The notes beneath the pieces were generated by a model. The model was not told where the DNA came from. It saw nothing but the letters and a program-made list of their open reading frames with translations, and ran no database searches. Shown here piece after piece: positions 20,952 to 30,183 of a DNA stretch of 32,000 bases. The translations under genes were made by a program, and so were the position numbers. Every line of letters begins with the position of its first letter. The first letter of the stretch is position 1. Location of the stretch: assembly GCA_000091165.1 (NCBI GenBank), contig FP565575.1, positions 1,320,001-1,352,000 on the forward strand, given 5' to 3'. The DNA is from Candidatus Methylomirabilis oxygeniifera (lineage in GTDB: Bacteria > Methylomirabilota > Methylomirabilia > Methylomirabilales > Methylomirabilaceae).

Positions 20952-22085
20952 CTCGACTCTCCCAGAAGCGGCAAGAGGAATGGGGGTAACGGGGTTGTAG
21001 AGCGCGTCGCGTTCGACTGGCTGTCGGCCGGTCTCGCGGATCATGGCAAGGAGCTGGTCATGGCGGAGTTCCTGATGGTGGGAGTTGTCGCCCAGGGCGT
21101 GCGTAATCTCGTAATGCGTGACGGTCCCATCGAGGTCGTCGGCCCCATACCAGAGCGCGAGCTGCGCCACCGCCGGCGTCGTCATGATCCAGAAGGCCTT
21201 CACGTGAGGAATATTATTAAGGAGCAGCCGGGCGATCGCGATCTCGCGCAGGTTGGCATACCCGGTCGTGATCGGCAGATGGCTCAGCTCGGTGCCGGTC
21301 GGATCGAATGCCAGCGGGACGAAACACATGAAGCCGCCCGTTTCATCCTGCAGCTCGCGAATATGGAGTAGGTGCGTGACCTTTTCTTCCACCGTCTCGA
21401 TGTGGCCGTAAAGCATCGTCACATTCGAGCGTATACCGGCCCGGTGAACAGACCTGGCCACGTCGAACCATTCCTCATTATCCAGCTTGGCCCTGAACAG
21501 TTCTTCGTGGACACGGTCGCTGAATACCTCCGCTCCGCCGCCAGGACAACAATCGAGTCCAGCCGCCTTCAGGTCGGCCAGCACCTCTTCCATCGGCTTA
21601 TTGGCCATTCGCCGGATCTGCGCCAACTCGATCATCGTAAAGGCCTTGACCTGGACGCCTGGCCTGACATCCTTCACGGCTCGAATGAGGTCCAGATAGT
21701 ATTGGTATGGCAGCTTCGGGTTGATCCCGGCCACAATGTGGATCTCACGAATGGGAACCCCGTCATGCTTACGGATCTGATCCTGGATATCCTGCATGCT
21801 CAGCACATACCCTCGTGAGTCGCCGGCCGGGGCGTAAAACGAGCAAAACTTGCACCCTTTATTGCAGATGTTTGTATAGTTGATGTGCAAATTGCGGACG
21901 AAATAGGTCAGATTATCATTCAGGCGTTCGCGGACCAGGTTCGCGAGGAATGCCACCGAGGTCAGGTCACGCGTCTGATAGAGCGCCAGTCCGTCACAAA
22001 AGTCCAGACGAACGCCATCCAGGATCTTCTGATAGATCTTCTCCAGCCCTGAAGCCGTCAGCCTGGACTCCATCAGGCGGCTCAT
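20949..22085 (-). CDS. mqnE: Aminofutalosine synthase (radical SAM)
   Basis: INYTNICNKGCKFCSFYAPAGD, EIHIVAGINPKLPYQYYLDLI, DCCPGGGAEVFSDRVH, GGFMCFVPLAFDP. Confidence 0.93.
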   Translation of the reverse strand: MSRLMESRLTASGLEKIYQKILDGVRLDFCDGLALYQTRDLTSVAFLANLVRERLNDNLTYFVRNLHINYTNICNKGCKFCSFYAPAGDSRGYVLSMQDIQDQIRKHDGVPIREIHIVAGINPKLPYQYYLDLIRAVKDVRPGVQVKAFTMIELAQIRRMANKPMEEVLADLKAAGLDCCPGGGAEVFSDRVHEELFRAKLDNEEWFDVARSVHRAGIRSNVTMLYGHIETVEEKVTHLLHIRELQDETGGFMCFVPLAFDPTGTELSHLPITTGYANLREIAIARLLLNNIPHVKAFWIMTTPAVAQLALWYGADDLDGTVTHYEITHALGDNSHHQELRHDQLLAMIRETGRQPVERDALYNPVTPIPLAASGRVE

Positions 22086-22402
22086 TGGTTCCGTTTTCCT
22101 CCGGATCCTATGTCCTGACTTTCCCGTTGACTACCCAGCCGATCGATCTCCTGGAGGATGGCGATGGCTTTCAGTTCATAGTCGTGACGGGCCTGCTCAT
22201 AGTCTTCGAGGCTGAGCTTCCCGGCCTGGTGATCAAACTCAAGCTCCTTGATCGCGGCGTATGCCGTCTGCTTTTCGGCCAGGAGTTCCTGCAATGCGGT
22301 CTGCTCCAACCCCGGTGGTGATTCCTCAGACGATCTGAAGAATGGAATGAGCACCGGTAAGAGGGCGAGAAAAACAAGTAGGATGATAATCAGGATGAGC
22401 AT
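22082..22402 (-). CDS. Short CcmI N-terminus-like membrane protein
   Basis: TM segment LILIIILLVFLALLPVLIPFF then ALQELLAEKQTAYAAIKELEFDHQAGKLSLEDYEQARHDYELKAIAIL; last gene after ccmH. Start taken as ATG 22402, not the TTG in the repeat. Confidence 0.65.
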   Translation of the reverse strand: MLILIIILLVFLALLPVLIPFFRSSEESPPGLEQTALQELLAEKQTAYAAIKELEFDHQAGKLSLEDYEQARHDYELKAIAILQEIDRLGSQRESQDIGSGGKRNQ

Positions 22403-22411
22403 CGTGACCAC

Positions 22412-22460
22412 GTTCAAGGTTCAAGGCCCAAAGTTCAACGTTGCACGTTGCACATTGAAC
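22412..22460. repeat. Degenerate 7-nt tandem repeat tract (7 units)
   Basis: GTTCAAG|GTTCAAG|GCCCAAA|GTTCAAC|GTTGCAC|GTTGCAC|ATTGAAC, exact 7-nt phasing between ccmH and the next gene. Confidence 0.85.
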
Positions 22461-22472
22461 CTTCTACACTCG

Positions 22473-22961
22473 TCAGCGTTCCCAGTCCTTGAGTTCTGCG
22501 TCGAGTTGGCCGGCATACCGTGGGTCGGCGGAGCCTGACTGTTTCGCGTTCGACCTCTGGCCTCTCCTGATCGAGCGCCGGATCGTGACAACGATAATCC
22601 CACCTCCCCCCAGGATGGCGACGAACGGTAGCAGCCACGCGACCCAGTTAAATCCCTGGCGCGTGGGCGAGAGCAGCACCCACTCGCCATACCGGCTGAC
22701 GAAGTAGGTTCGGATCTGCTCCGGACTTTCACCGTTTTTCAGCTTCTCGTGGATCAGCTCGCGCATCTGCGTGGCCATCTCTGAGGGCGAGTCGGCTACC
22801 GAAAGGTTCTGACACACCGGACAACGCAGCTCGGCGGCCAACCGAAGTGTCTGCTCCTCCAGGCTGCCCGCGAGCGCCGCAGAGACCCACGCCCCGAGCA
22901 CGATCGTCAGCAGCAGGTATACCGTCGCTAAGCACCGCTTCCTATTATCCACGTTCCGCAT
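22473..22961 (-). CDS. ccmH: Cytochrome c-type biogenesis protein CcmH
   Basis: LRCPVCQNLSVADSPSEMATQMRELIHEKLKNGESPEQIRTYFVSRYGEWVLLSP followed by a TM. Confidence 0.93.
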   Translation of the reverse strand: MRNVDNRKRCLATVYLLLTIVLGAWVSAALAGSLEEQTLRLAAELRCPVCQNLSVADSPSEMATQMRELIHEKLKNGESPEQIRTYFVSRYGEWVLLSPTRQGFNWVAWLLPFVAILGGGGIIVVTIRRSIRRGQRSNAKQSGSADPRYAGQLDAELKDWER

Positions 22962-22966
22962 GTGCA

Positions 22967-23000
22967 CCCTCACACCCTACCCCCTAAACCCTATACCCTA
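22967..23000. repeat. Degenerate 7-nt tandem repeat, CCCTANN type
   Basis: CCCT at 22967, 22975, 22982, 22989, 22996 (spacing 8,7,7,7); fills the ccmG-ccmH gap. Confidence 0.7.
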
Positions 23001-23004
23001 TCCT

Positions 23005-23523
23005 TCACAGCATCTCCTCGACCTTCGCCTTGAGTATTTTTGCGTCGAGCGCTCCGACGTGCTTATAATGAATCGTGCCGTCCCGTTTAATGAAAAAGGT
23101 CTCCGGCACACCATAGACGCCATAGTCAATCGTGATCTTGCCCTGAGGGTCGGGACCGTTTGGAAAGCTGAGCTTGAACTTGTCAATAAACGCCTTCGCG
23201 TCGGCATCACGATCCTGTATATCGACCCCGATCACTATCAGCCCTCGATCCCGATAGGTTTGCCAGGCGGCCTCCAGGTGCGGCGCCTCCTCGTAACATG
23301 CCGGGAAACACCACGAGGCCCAGAAGTTCAGGACCACTGGCTTTCCGCGGAGCTGCTCCAGGCTATTGCCGCTCCCGTCAAACATGGTCAGGGCAAACGG
23401 AGGCGCCTGGTGCCCCACCAGCGGTGACGGCACCTCCCTCGGGTTGGTTTTAAAGCCGTAGGCCAGAAGCAGGAGGATCGGGATAATGCTGAGGAGCAGG
23501 CTTAGCTTCTTCCAGGTTGCCAT
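23005..23523 (-). CDS. ccmG: CcmG/DsbE/ResA-like thioredoxin-fold protein
   Basis: TM then PLVGHQAPPFALTMFDGSGNSLEQLRGKPVVLNFWASWCFPACYEEAPHLE...YGVYGVPETFFIKRDGTIHYKHVG. Confidence 0.88.
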   Translation of the reverse strand: MATWKKLSLLLSIIPILLLLAYGFKTNPREVPSPLVGHQAPPFALTMFDGSGNSLEQLRGKPVVLNFWASWCFPACYEEAPHLEAAWQTYRDRGLIVIGVDIQDRDADAKAFIDKFKLSFPNGPDPQGKITIDYGVYGVPETFFIKRDGTIHYKHVGALDAKILKAKVEEML

Positions 23524-25502
23524 GCCACATACTCCTCCGCTACATCGGCAGCAACAGCCCGTCGTCGGTCCGGCCAGATTGCGATCAGCGAACCAATGAC
23601 CATCACCCAGCCGCCGATCCAGATCCACATCACCAGCGGGCGAACCAGCGCTTTCACGGTGGCGGAGGTTCCATCCTTCGCAAACGATGAGAGGACCAGA
23701 TAGAGATCCTCCCGCATAGTTGAGCGAACATCAACGGTCCCGATCGGCTGCTGCTCGGCAGGGTAGAACCGCTTGGCTGGCCGCATCTCGGCAACCTTCT
23801 GGTTCGAGTTGAAGATGGTAAAGTTCCCCTGCACCACGAAGCGGTGCGGCTCTTGCCAAGCGCTGAGCTCGTCAAATCGCACCTGATACCGACCAAGCTG
23901 AAGCGACTCACCCGGCTTCAGCGTGATCTCCTGCTCCAGTTTAAAGACCGATGAGGCGGTGATGCCGATGATGAGGAACGCAACCCCAAGGTGGACGATA
24001 AGACCGCCATAGCGCCGCCGTCCACGGCTGGTCAGTTTCGATAGGGCGGTCAGATACCCTTCCCCGGTGTTCCGGCGTCGTACCCTGGCGCCACGGGCAA
24101 ACTCCTGAACAACTGTAATCACGGTAAACAGGCTGAGGCCGAAGGCCAGCAGCGGATATAACCCACGCGCCCCAAGGAACCAGCAGATGCCTGTGCCCAC
24201 GATGCTGAGATACAAGGGGCCGGCAAAGGTGCGGCGCAGGCTCTCAGCCGAGGCATGTCGCCAGGCGATCAGCGGCCCAACGGCCATCAGGAAGATCAGA
24301 CCCAGGCCGATGGGAACGTTCACCGTATTGAAAAACGGCTCGCCCACGCTCACCTTGACCCCGCGAACCGCCTCAGACAGAAGAGGAAACAGTGTGCCGA
24401 GAAGGACCGCAAACGCAAACCCAAGGAGCAGCAGATTGTTTACCAGGAATGCGCTCTCTCTGGATACCAATGAGTCAAGTTCGCCCTCCGCCTGTAATCT
24501 GTCGCTCCGATAGATAAGGAGGCCGAATGAGAGAAACAGGATCACGCCGATGAAGACCAGGAATAGCGGCCCGACCGCCGAATCGGAGAACGCGTGAACG
24601 GAAGACAGGATGCCGCTTCGCGTCAGAAAGGTACCGAAGATCGTCAGTGCAAAGGTGATGATGACCAGCGCCACATTCCAGAACTTCAGCATCTTGCGTC
24701 GTTCCTGGATCATAATCGTATGGAGAAATGCGGTGCCGGTCAGCCATGGCAGCAGCGAGGCGTTCTCTACCGGGTCCCACGCCCAGTAGCCGCCCCACCC
24801 CAGCACCTCGTAGGACCACCGTCCACCAACGATGATGCCGACCGTCAGAAAACCCCAGGACGCGATCGACCAGCGGCGTACGGTTCTGATCCAGGTCTCA
24901 CCGAGCCGACCGGTGATCAGCGCGGCCATGCCGAAGGCATACGGAATCGACCAGCCGACATAGCCAGCATACAGGCCTGGCGGATGAACAGCCATCAGCG
25001 GATGGTTTTGCAGAAGCGGATTCGGCCCGCGTCCGTCAGGCGGAACCGGAGATATCGTGGTAAAGGGACTCGCCGGAAAGACAACCAGAAAGAGGAAAAA
25101 CGCCGAGATGCACAACAAGACCGTGGTGACATACGGGATTAACTCACGCTGCCGCTTCCTCTCGAATATCACCGTGAGTAAGGTCATCAAGGCCAGCAGC
25201 CAGACCCAGAGCAGGATTGAGCCCTCGAGCGCCCCCCACAGCGCGATAATGGTATAGAACAGCGGCGTATCGAGGCTGCCATTCCTGGCCACGTACTCAA
25301 GGCTGAAGTCATGGCCGACCAGCCCGGCCTCCATCAGCAGCACCGCGAAACTACTCAGGCCGAAGATCGAGACGACCGCCCCCTGTCCGCTCTCGATGAG
25401 AGCCGGCCGACACCGCCTCGCTCCAAAGAAGGACGCGAATGCGCCGTAAATGGCGACGGCGAGCGCCAACCATAGACTGAACCGGCCAAGCGTCGCGATC
25501 AT
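23502..25502 (-). CDS. ccmF: Cytochrome c heme lyase CcmF
   Basis: GWGGYWAWDPVENASLLPWLTGTAFLHT; NHPLMAVHPPGLYAGYVG; many TMs; ATG 25502 (MIATLGRFSLW) preferred over 25637. Confidence 0.96.
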   Translation of the reverse strand: MIATLGRFSLWLALAVAIYGAFASFFGARRCRPALIESGQGAVVSIFGLSSFAVLLMEAGLVGHDFSLEYVARNGSLDTPLFYTIIALWGALEGSILLWVWLLALMTLLTVIFERKRQRELIPYVTTVLLCISAFFLFLVVFPASPFTTISPVPPDGRGPNPLLQNHPLMAVHPPGLYAGYVGWSIPYAFGMAALITGRLGETWIRTVRRWSIASWGFLTVGIIVGGRWSYEVLGWGGYWAWDPVENASLLPWLTGTAFLHTIMIQERRKMLKFWNVALVIITFALTIFGTFLTRSGILSSVHAFSDSAVGPLFLVFIGVILFLSFGLLIYRSDRLQAEGELDSLVSRESAFLVNNLLLLGFAFAVLLGTLFPLLSEAVRGVKVSVGEPFFNTVNVPIGLGLIFLMAVGPLIAWRHASAESLRRTFAGPLYLSIVGTGICWFLGARGLYPLLAFGLSLFTVITVVQEFARGARVRRRNTGEGYLTALSKLTSRGRRRYGGLIVHLGVAFLIIGITASSVFKLEQEITLKPGESLQLGRYQVRFDELSAWQEPHRFVVQGNFTIFNSNQKVAEMRPAKRFYPAEQQPIGTVDVRSTMREDLYLVLSSFAKDGTSATVKALVRPLVMWIWIGGWVMVIGSLIAIWPDRRRAVAADVAEEYVAWQPGRS

Positions 25503-25951
25503 TACGGTGTGCTCTGCGGTTGAACCAGTGTTCGGTGGATATGCTCGGCGGGGGCTCCCCCTTTTTCCGGGGACTTGTACTCCTCGGAATGCTTGGCCAT
25601 AATCATACTTGACTGAAACGCACCGCCGTCCACGCACCTCCCCTCGACCACCGCGCCGGCGCCCTCTTTAAAGAGGTCAGGCGGAGAGCCTGTGTGTTCG
25701 ACCGCCACCTCTTCCTTCCCGTCGGTCAGACGGAACGTCAGTTTCAGCGTCTGTGGCTCCCAGTGGAGCGATCCCGGCACCACCATCCCGCCTACGCGCA
25801 ATGATCGATCCGAGACCGCATCGCCTTTCGCCTTCAACTCAGACGGTGTCATGTAATAGACGGCAGCCTCCCGGATCCCGCTGTTGATCAAGTATGCGAG
25901 GGCCGCCACTATGAGACCTCCGCCCACCAGTAGTTTGGTTTTCTTCGTCAT
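25502..25951 (-). CDS. ccmE: Heme chaperone CcmE
   Basis: LRVGGMVVPGSLHWEPQTLKLTFRLTDGKEEVAVEHTGSPPDLFKEGAGAVVEG...MIMAKHSEEYKSPE, canonical heme-binding HxxxY. Confidence 0.94.
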   Translation of the reverse strand: MTKKTKLLVGGGLIVAALAYLINSGIREAAVYYMTPSELKAKGDAVSDRSLRVGGMVVPGSLHWEPQTLKLTFRLTDGKEEVAVEHTGSPPDLFKEGAGAVVEGRCVDGGAFQSSMIMAKHSEEYKSPEKGGAPAEHIHRTLVQPQSTP

Positions 25952-26094
25952 CCTATCGTATCCTTCCGTTGCCGCTTAAGCGCGTCACTCTGAACGCCCA
26001 CCGCCCTCTTCCGCCAGTGAAGCGATACGAGATAGACGAGGACGCTCGCAGCGGTCAGTAGATACCCGGCCAGAACATAGGACCATGGATTCAC
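25948..26094 (-). CDS. ccmD: CcmD-like small heme exporter protein
   Basis: GTG start overlapping the ccmC stop: VNPWSYVLAGYLLTAASVLVYLVSLHWRKRAVGVQSDALKRQRKDTIG; one TM, basic tail, between ccmC and ccmE. Confidence 0.75.
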   Translation of the reverse strand: MNPWSYVLAGYLLTAASVLVYLVSLHWRKRAVGVQSDALKRQRKDTIG

Positions 26095-26789
26095 CCCAGT
26101 AATTCCATTTGCAGCCTGAGCAGCTCTGCCCTCGCGCTCTCGATCTGCAGTCGCTTGATCAGGAGATATGCGTACAGCAGGCCGAACGCGACGAGGTTCG
26201 CATACAACGCCACCTGCATGTCCAGGGCCACGGTTGACGGCCCAGGCTTCAGCATCGACGCGGGCTGGTGCAGGGTCCGCCACCACACGACCGACATATG
26301 GATGATCGGAATATCGAGAAAGCCGATGATTCCAAGGACTGCGCCGAAGGTCGCCCCTCGCAACGGATCTTCCACCAGTACTCGAAGCATCAGATAGCCG
26401 AGGAACATCAACAGCAGGATGGCGGTCGTAGTCAGCCGCGCGTCCCACGTCCACCAGACCCCCCAGGTCGGTCGCCCCCATATCGAGCCCACCGCAATAG
26501 CCAAAGCGGTAAAGAGCACTCCGATCTCAACGGATGAGTGCGCGATGGCGTCATACTGTCGGTCGCGGCGCCACAGATACAGGATACTCGCAACGAATAC
26601 GACAAAAAAGGCCAGGTAGCTGATAAGGATCAATGGAACGTGCAAGTACATCAGCCGCTGTACCTCTCCCTGCACCGCATCAGCCGGCGCATAAACGAAC
26701 GCAATGTAGAGCCCGACCACGAGGCCAATGACTGTGAGGATGCCCACTGCCCGCTCACAACTCCGTCCGATCATCCCACCTTGCACCAT
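26091..26789 (-). CDS. ccmC: Heme exporter protein CcmC
   Basis: MYLHVPLILISYLAF, GSIWGRPTWGVWWTWDARLTT, IPIIHMSVVWWRTLHQPAS. Confidence 0.95.
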   Translation of the reverse strand: MVQGGMIGRSCERAVGILTVIGLVVGLYIAFVYAPADAVQGEVQRLMYLHVPLILISYLAFFVVFVASILYLWRRDRQYDAIAHSSVEIGVLFTALAIAVGSIWGRPTWGVWWTWDARLTTTAILLLMFLGYLMLRVLVEDPLRGATFGAVLGIIGFLDIPIIHMSVVWWRTLHQPASMLKPGPSTVALDMQVALYANLVAFGLLYAYLLIKRLQIESARAELLRLQMELLG

Positions 26790-26794
26790 TCCTA

Positions 26795-27472
26795 TTATTC
26801 CTCAACCAGCAGCTCAAATGTCAACAACGACCCCACAAGAAACAGCAGATCAAATGCGGCCATCAGCTTGAGCCAGGGCATGGCGAGTTCGAATGCCTCG
26901 CGTCGTAGGACGACCTCTGTCCCTTTGACAGCAGCCAAAATCAAGGGGATCGTCATAGGAAACAAAAGGAACGGCAGCATGGCCTCCCGCGCCCTCAGAC
27001 CTACCGTCATGGTAGACAACAGCGTTCCGGCTGTTGCGAATCCGAGCGTCGCCGGTATGGTGATCAGCAGGAGTTTGGGGAGTTGCGACCAGATGTCCAT
27101 GTTGTACAGCACTGCGAAGATGGGAAAACTGATCAGTTCTACCAGGAGGATGATACTGAAGCTGCCGCATAGTTTCCCAAGAAAAATCGCTTCCCGCTCG
27201 GCCGGATACAGGAGCAGGCCGTCCAGACAGTCGTTCGCCAGTTCACCCTGAACCGATCGAGCCAGGCCAAGAACGCTTGTAAAGGCAAAGGCCAACCATA
27301 ACAGGCCGGATGCAGCCCCCCGAATCAGCGTCTGATCTCCGCCTAGCGCAAAGTTGAAGAGGAATAAGACGAGGAACGCGAAAAAACACATGGCGGTGAG
27401 GCTTTCCCGATCGCGCCACTCTGCCACCAGATCCTTCCATGCGATCGCCAGGACCCTTCTGGCAAAGGTCAT
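26795..27472 (-). CDS. ccmB: Heme exporter protein CcmB
   Basis: FARRVLAIAWKDLVAEWRDRESLTAMCFFAFLVLFLF...GLLLYPAEREAIFLGKLCGS; ATG at 27472 gives a 4-nt ATGA overlap with ccmA. Confidence 0.92.
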   Translation of the reverse strand: MTFARRVLAIAWKDLVAEWRDRESLTAMCFFAFLVLFLFNFALGGDQTLIRGAASGLLWLAFAFTSVLGLARSVQGELANDCLDGLLLYPAEREAIFLGKLCGSFSIILLVELISFPIFAVLYNMDIWSQLPKLLLITIPATLGFATAGTLLSTMTVGLRAREAMLPFLLFPMTIPLILAAVKGTEVVLRREAFELAMPWLKLMAAFDLLFLVGSLLTFELLVEE

Positions 27473-28224
27473 TCGCCCCCCCACAACTCCCCTTGAATCG
27501 TAAAAAGGGATCGCAGCGATTCCCGACTTATCTCGTCTCGTCGAGCGTCAAAGACCAATCGGCCCTGCTCCAGGACGGCCATACGATCCGCCACGGCATA
27601 ACCCATGGTTAAGTTATGGGTCGCCAACACTGTGGTAACGCCCGTTGTTTTTGAGGCCATGAGGAATTCTTCCAGCAGCTTTGTCGCCTGGAGGTCAAGA
27701 TTCGTAAACGGCTCGTCGAGCAGCATGACCCTGGGTTCACGGAGCATCAGTTTTGCTAAGGCAAGACGCCGCTTCATCCCGCTGGAAAAGGTCCTGACCT
27801 GACCGTCCGCCGCCGCCTCCAGTCCCACCTTCGCCAGTACCCCGGCCACTCGATCGGCAGGCTGATTCAGCCCCAGCATCGTTGCCGCGAACAGAAGGTT
27901 TTCACGCCCGGTTAAGGTCTCATACAGTTGATGACCATGGGCAAGAACACCGATCACACGCCTGACGCCCTCGCTATGTTTGCCGACCTCGAACCCGGCG
28001 ACCCGCACCGATCCGGCAGTAGGTCGCACCAGTCCGGTCAGAATTCTCAACAGGGTGCTCTTGCCTGCTCCGTTTGGGCCAAACAGAGCCAGGATCTCTC
28101 CCTCTCCAACACACAGGTCAACACCTCGCAGGGCCGGATGCGCCCCATACCACTTCACCAGACCTCTGATCTCGACCGCAGGCACGATCCCAGGGCCTAT
28201 CCCTGCTTCGTCAGCCTTTGTCAT
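27469..28224 (-). CDS. ccmA: Heme ABC exporter ATP-binding protein CcmA
   Basis: GPNGAGKSTLLRILTGLVRPTAG, SSGMKRRLALAKLML, VMLLDEPFTNLD. Confidence 0.94.
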   Translation of the reverse strand: MTKADEAGIGPGIVPAVEIRGLVKWYGAHPALRGVDLCVGEGEILALFGPNGAGKSTLLRILTGLVRPTAGSVRVAGFEVGKHSEGVRRVIGVLAHGHQLYETLTGRENLLFAATMLGLNQPADRVAGVLAKVGLEAAADGQVRTFSSGMKRRLALAKLMLREPRVMLLDEPFTNLDLQATKLLEEFLMASKTTGVTTVLATHNLTMGYAVADRMAVLEQGRLVFDARRDEISRESLRSLFTIQGELWGGE

Positions 28225-28414
28225 TCGAGATCACAAGCGGTGAATCCGGCGCGATCGCGAGCCCTGCAATAAGAGGCAGCGCGACCCGCCCGCCCATTCG
28301 CGAAGACGGCGAACATGAGATCAGATAAAGATTCACACCCTATTCTCAAGATTAATTTAGTCTAGCAGAGATCACGGGGAGGAACAACCGAAAAGGGGCC
28401 GAACAAACGTCTGG

Positions 28415-29425
28415 CTATAGCTGTCTTGGCTTCACTTTCTCGAAACCTACCAAGGGCTCACCGGACTGCAACAGCCCGATAAACTGCTCTATCAACCCGG
28501 GATCGCATGAGCCATCCTCCGATGCCTGCCGCATGATCGACACAACATGGTGGCTGTCAAGTTGTGGCTTATAAGGCCGAGCCGTCATCAGCGCGTCGTA
28601 GATATCAACGACCTGAATAATCCTGGCAGCAAGCGGAATCTCCGCTCCCCTCAAGCCATCGGGATACCCGCTGCCATCCCAGTGTTCATGGTGGTGACGA
28701 ATGATGGGAAGCACCAATTTCAGCGACTTGAGTGGCTTACAGATCCGTTCTCCGATCACCGGATGCTCTCGTATGATTCGTGATTCTTCCTCGCTCAATT
28801 CCGTCCTTTTATTCAGGATCGACTCCGGTACAGCGATCTTGCCGACGTCGTGCAGATAGCCTCCACGGTGTAGCGCCCTCAACTGCTCCCGAGGACGCCC
28901 AAGGCTCCGACCAAGGGCAACCGAGTACAACGCTAATCGCTCGCAGTGTCCATCGGTATACGCATCCTTGGCCTCAACACTCAAAGCTAATGTGCACAGC
29001 ACGTCCTCCGCATCTTCCAACTCGTCAGTGAACTGTTTGAGCTTCAGCAGGGACCGAGCCCGCGCGCTCAACTCCGCCGGGTGAAAAGGCTTGCTCAAAA
29101 AGTCGTCGGCCCCGACCTCGATCCCTCGGATTCTATCCTGCAGATCGCTGAGAGAGGTCACCATCACGATAGGAATGAGTCGAGTTCGTTCGTTCTCCTT
29201 GAGCCGAGTACACACCTCGAACCCGCTCATTCCAGGCATAATGACGTCAAGCAGGATAAGATCAGGCGGCCGGGCTGCCACCAGTTCGAGGGCTCGTTCT
29301 CCATCTAACGCCGAGATGATCTCATACCCCTGAGGAGCCAGGATCGTCTCAACCAAGGTGCAGTTGACCTGCTGATCGTCGACGACCAAAATCGTCCCGC
29401 GAGCTGGAGGCGCCGTCTCTATCAC
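28415..29425 (-). CDS. Response regulator with HD-GYP domain (putative c-di-GMP phosphodiesterase)
   Basis: REC domain ILVVDDQQVN...LILLDVIMPGMSGFEVC...SKPF; HD-GYP domain YLHDVGKIAVPESILNK...HHHEHWDGSGYPDGLRGAEIPLAARI. Confidence 0.95.
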   Translation of the reverse strand: MIETAPPARGTILVVDDQQVNCTLVETILAPQGYEIISALDGERALELVAARPPDLILLDVIMPGMSGFEVCTRLKENERTRLIPIVMVTSLSDLQDRIRGIEVGADDFLSKPFHPAELSARARSLLKLKQFTDELEDAEDVLCTLALSVEAKDAYTDGHCERLALYSVALGRSLGRPREQLRALHRGGYLHDVGKIAVPESILNKRTELSEEESRIIREHPVIGERICKPLKSLKLVLPIIRHHHEHWDGSGYPDGLRGAEIPLAARIIQVVDIYDALMTARPYKPQLDSHHVVSIMRQASEDGSCDPGLIEQFIGLLQSGEPLVGFEKVKPRQL

Positions 29426-30159
29426 TGCACGCCCCCAACGATCGCCGGCTCATCCCTGTCGCTCATATCGATGCGACTCTTCACGCCGGCAAGTTCGGTA
29501 AGCAACGCAGGTACAATCGATACACCAAACTCAGCCTCAAAATGTTCGGTAAGAATTGCCGCCACCTCACGAATCGAGATCGGACGCGATGACCCTTGCG
29601 CCATGCTGGTTACCCTGGCGTCCTGGATACCGCAGGGAACGATCAGCTCAAACGGCGACAGATCCATGTTCACGTTCAACGCGAAGCCATGGCAGGTAAC
29701 CCAACGACCGACATGAATGCCTAACGAAGCGATTTTGCTTTCACCGACCCAGACGCCTGTTCGACCGATCGACCGACCAGCCGTAATCCCAAAGTCCGAC
29801 AGGGTCATGATCAGGACCTCTTCGAGCTGCCGAAGGTATCGATGCACGTCACGACCATAATCGGCTAGATTGAGGATCGGGTATCCTACTAACTGACCAG
29901 GGCCGTGATAGGTGATGTCGCCACCGCGCTCGACTTCAAAAAACTCGATCCCCATCGCGGTAAGGGAAGATTCCGCAACGCGAAGGTGAGCCTTTTGCCC
30001 GGCTCGTCCGAGGGTGATAACCGGCGGATGCTCCATAAGAAGCAGGACATCCTCGAGGCGGTCCTCAGTCCGAAGGGTTGCCAGCCGCCGCTGCAGGGCA
30101 AGCGCGTCAGCATAGGGCACAAGTCCGAGGTCGATCAGACTACAAGCCTTCACTGTCAC
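29422..30159 (-). CDS. lipB: Lipoyl(octanoyl) transferase
   Basis: HPPVITLGRAGQKAHL, VERGGDITYHGPGQLVGYPIL, GRTGVWVGESKIASLGI, TCHGFALNVN, ISIREV. Start likely GTG at 30159 or 30153; the track start lies in a repeat. Confidence 0.94.
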   Translation of the reverse strand: MTVKACSLIDLGLVPYADALALQRRLATLRTEDRLEDVLLLMEHPPVITLGRAGQKAHLRVAESSLTAMGIEFFEVERGGDITYHGPGQLVGYPILNLADYGRDVHRYLRQLEEVLIMTLSDFGITAGRSIGRTGVWVGESKIASLGIHVGRWVTCHGFALNVNMDLSPFELIVPCGIQDARVTSMAQGSSRPISIREVAAILTEHFEAEFGVSIVPALLTELAGVKSRIDMSDRDEPAIVGGVQ

Positions 30160-30183
30160 TATTCCAAACGTACGAACGAAGGC

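Noticed and set aside
26538-27251. 237-aa plus-strand Ser/Arg-rich ORF opposite ccmB/ccmC
   Set aside because: Low-complexity antisense shadow of membrane protein genes.
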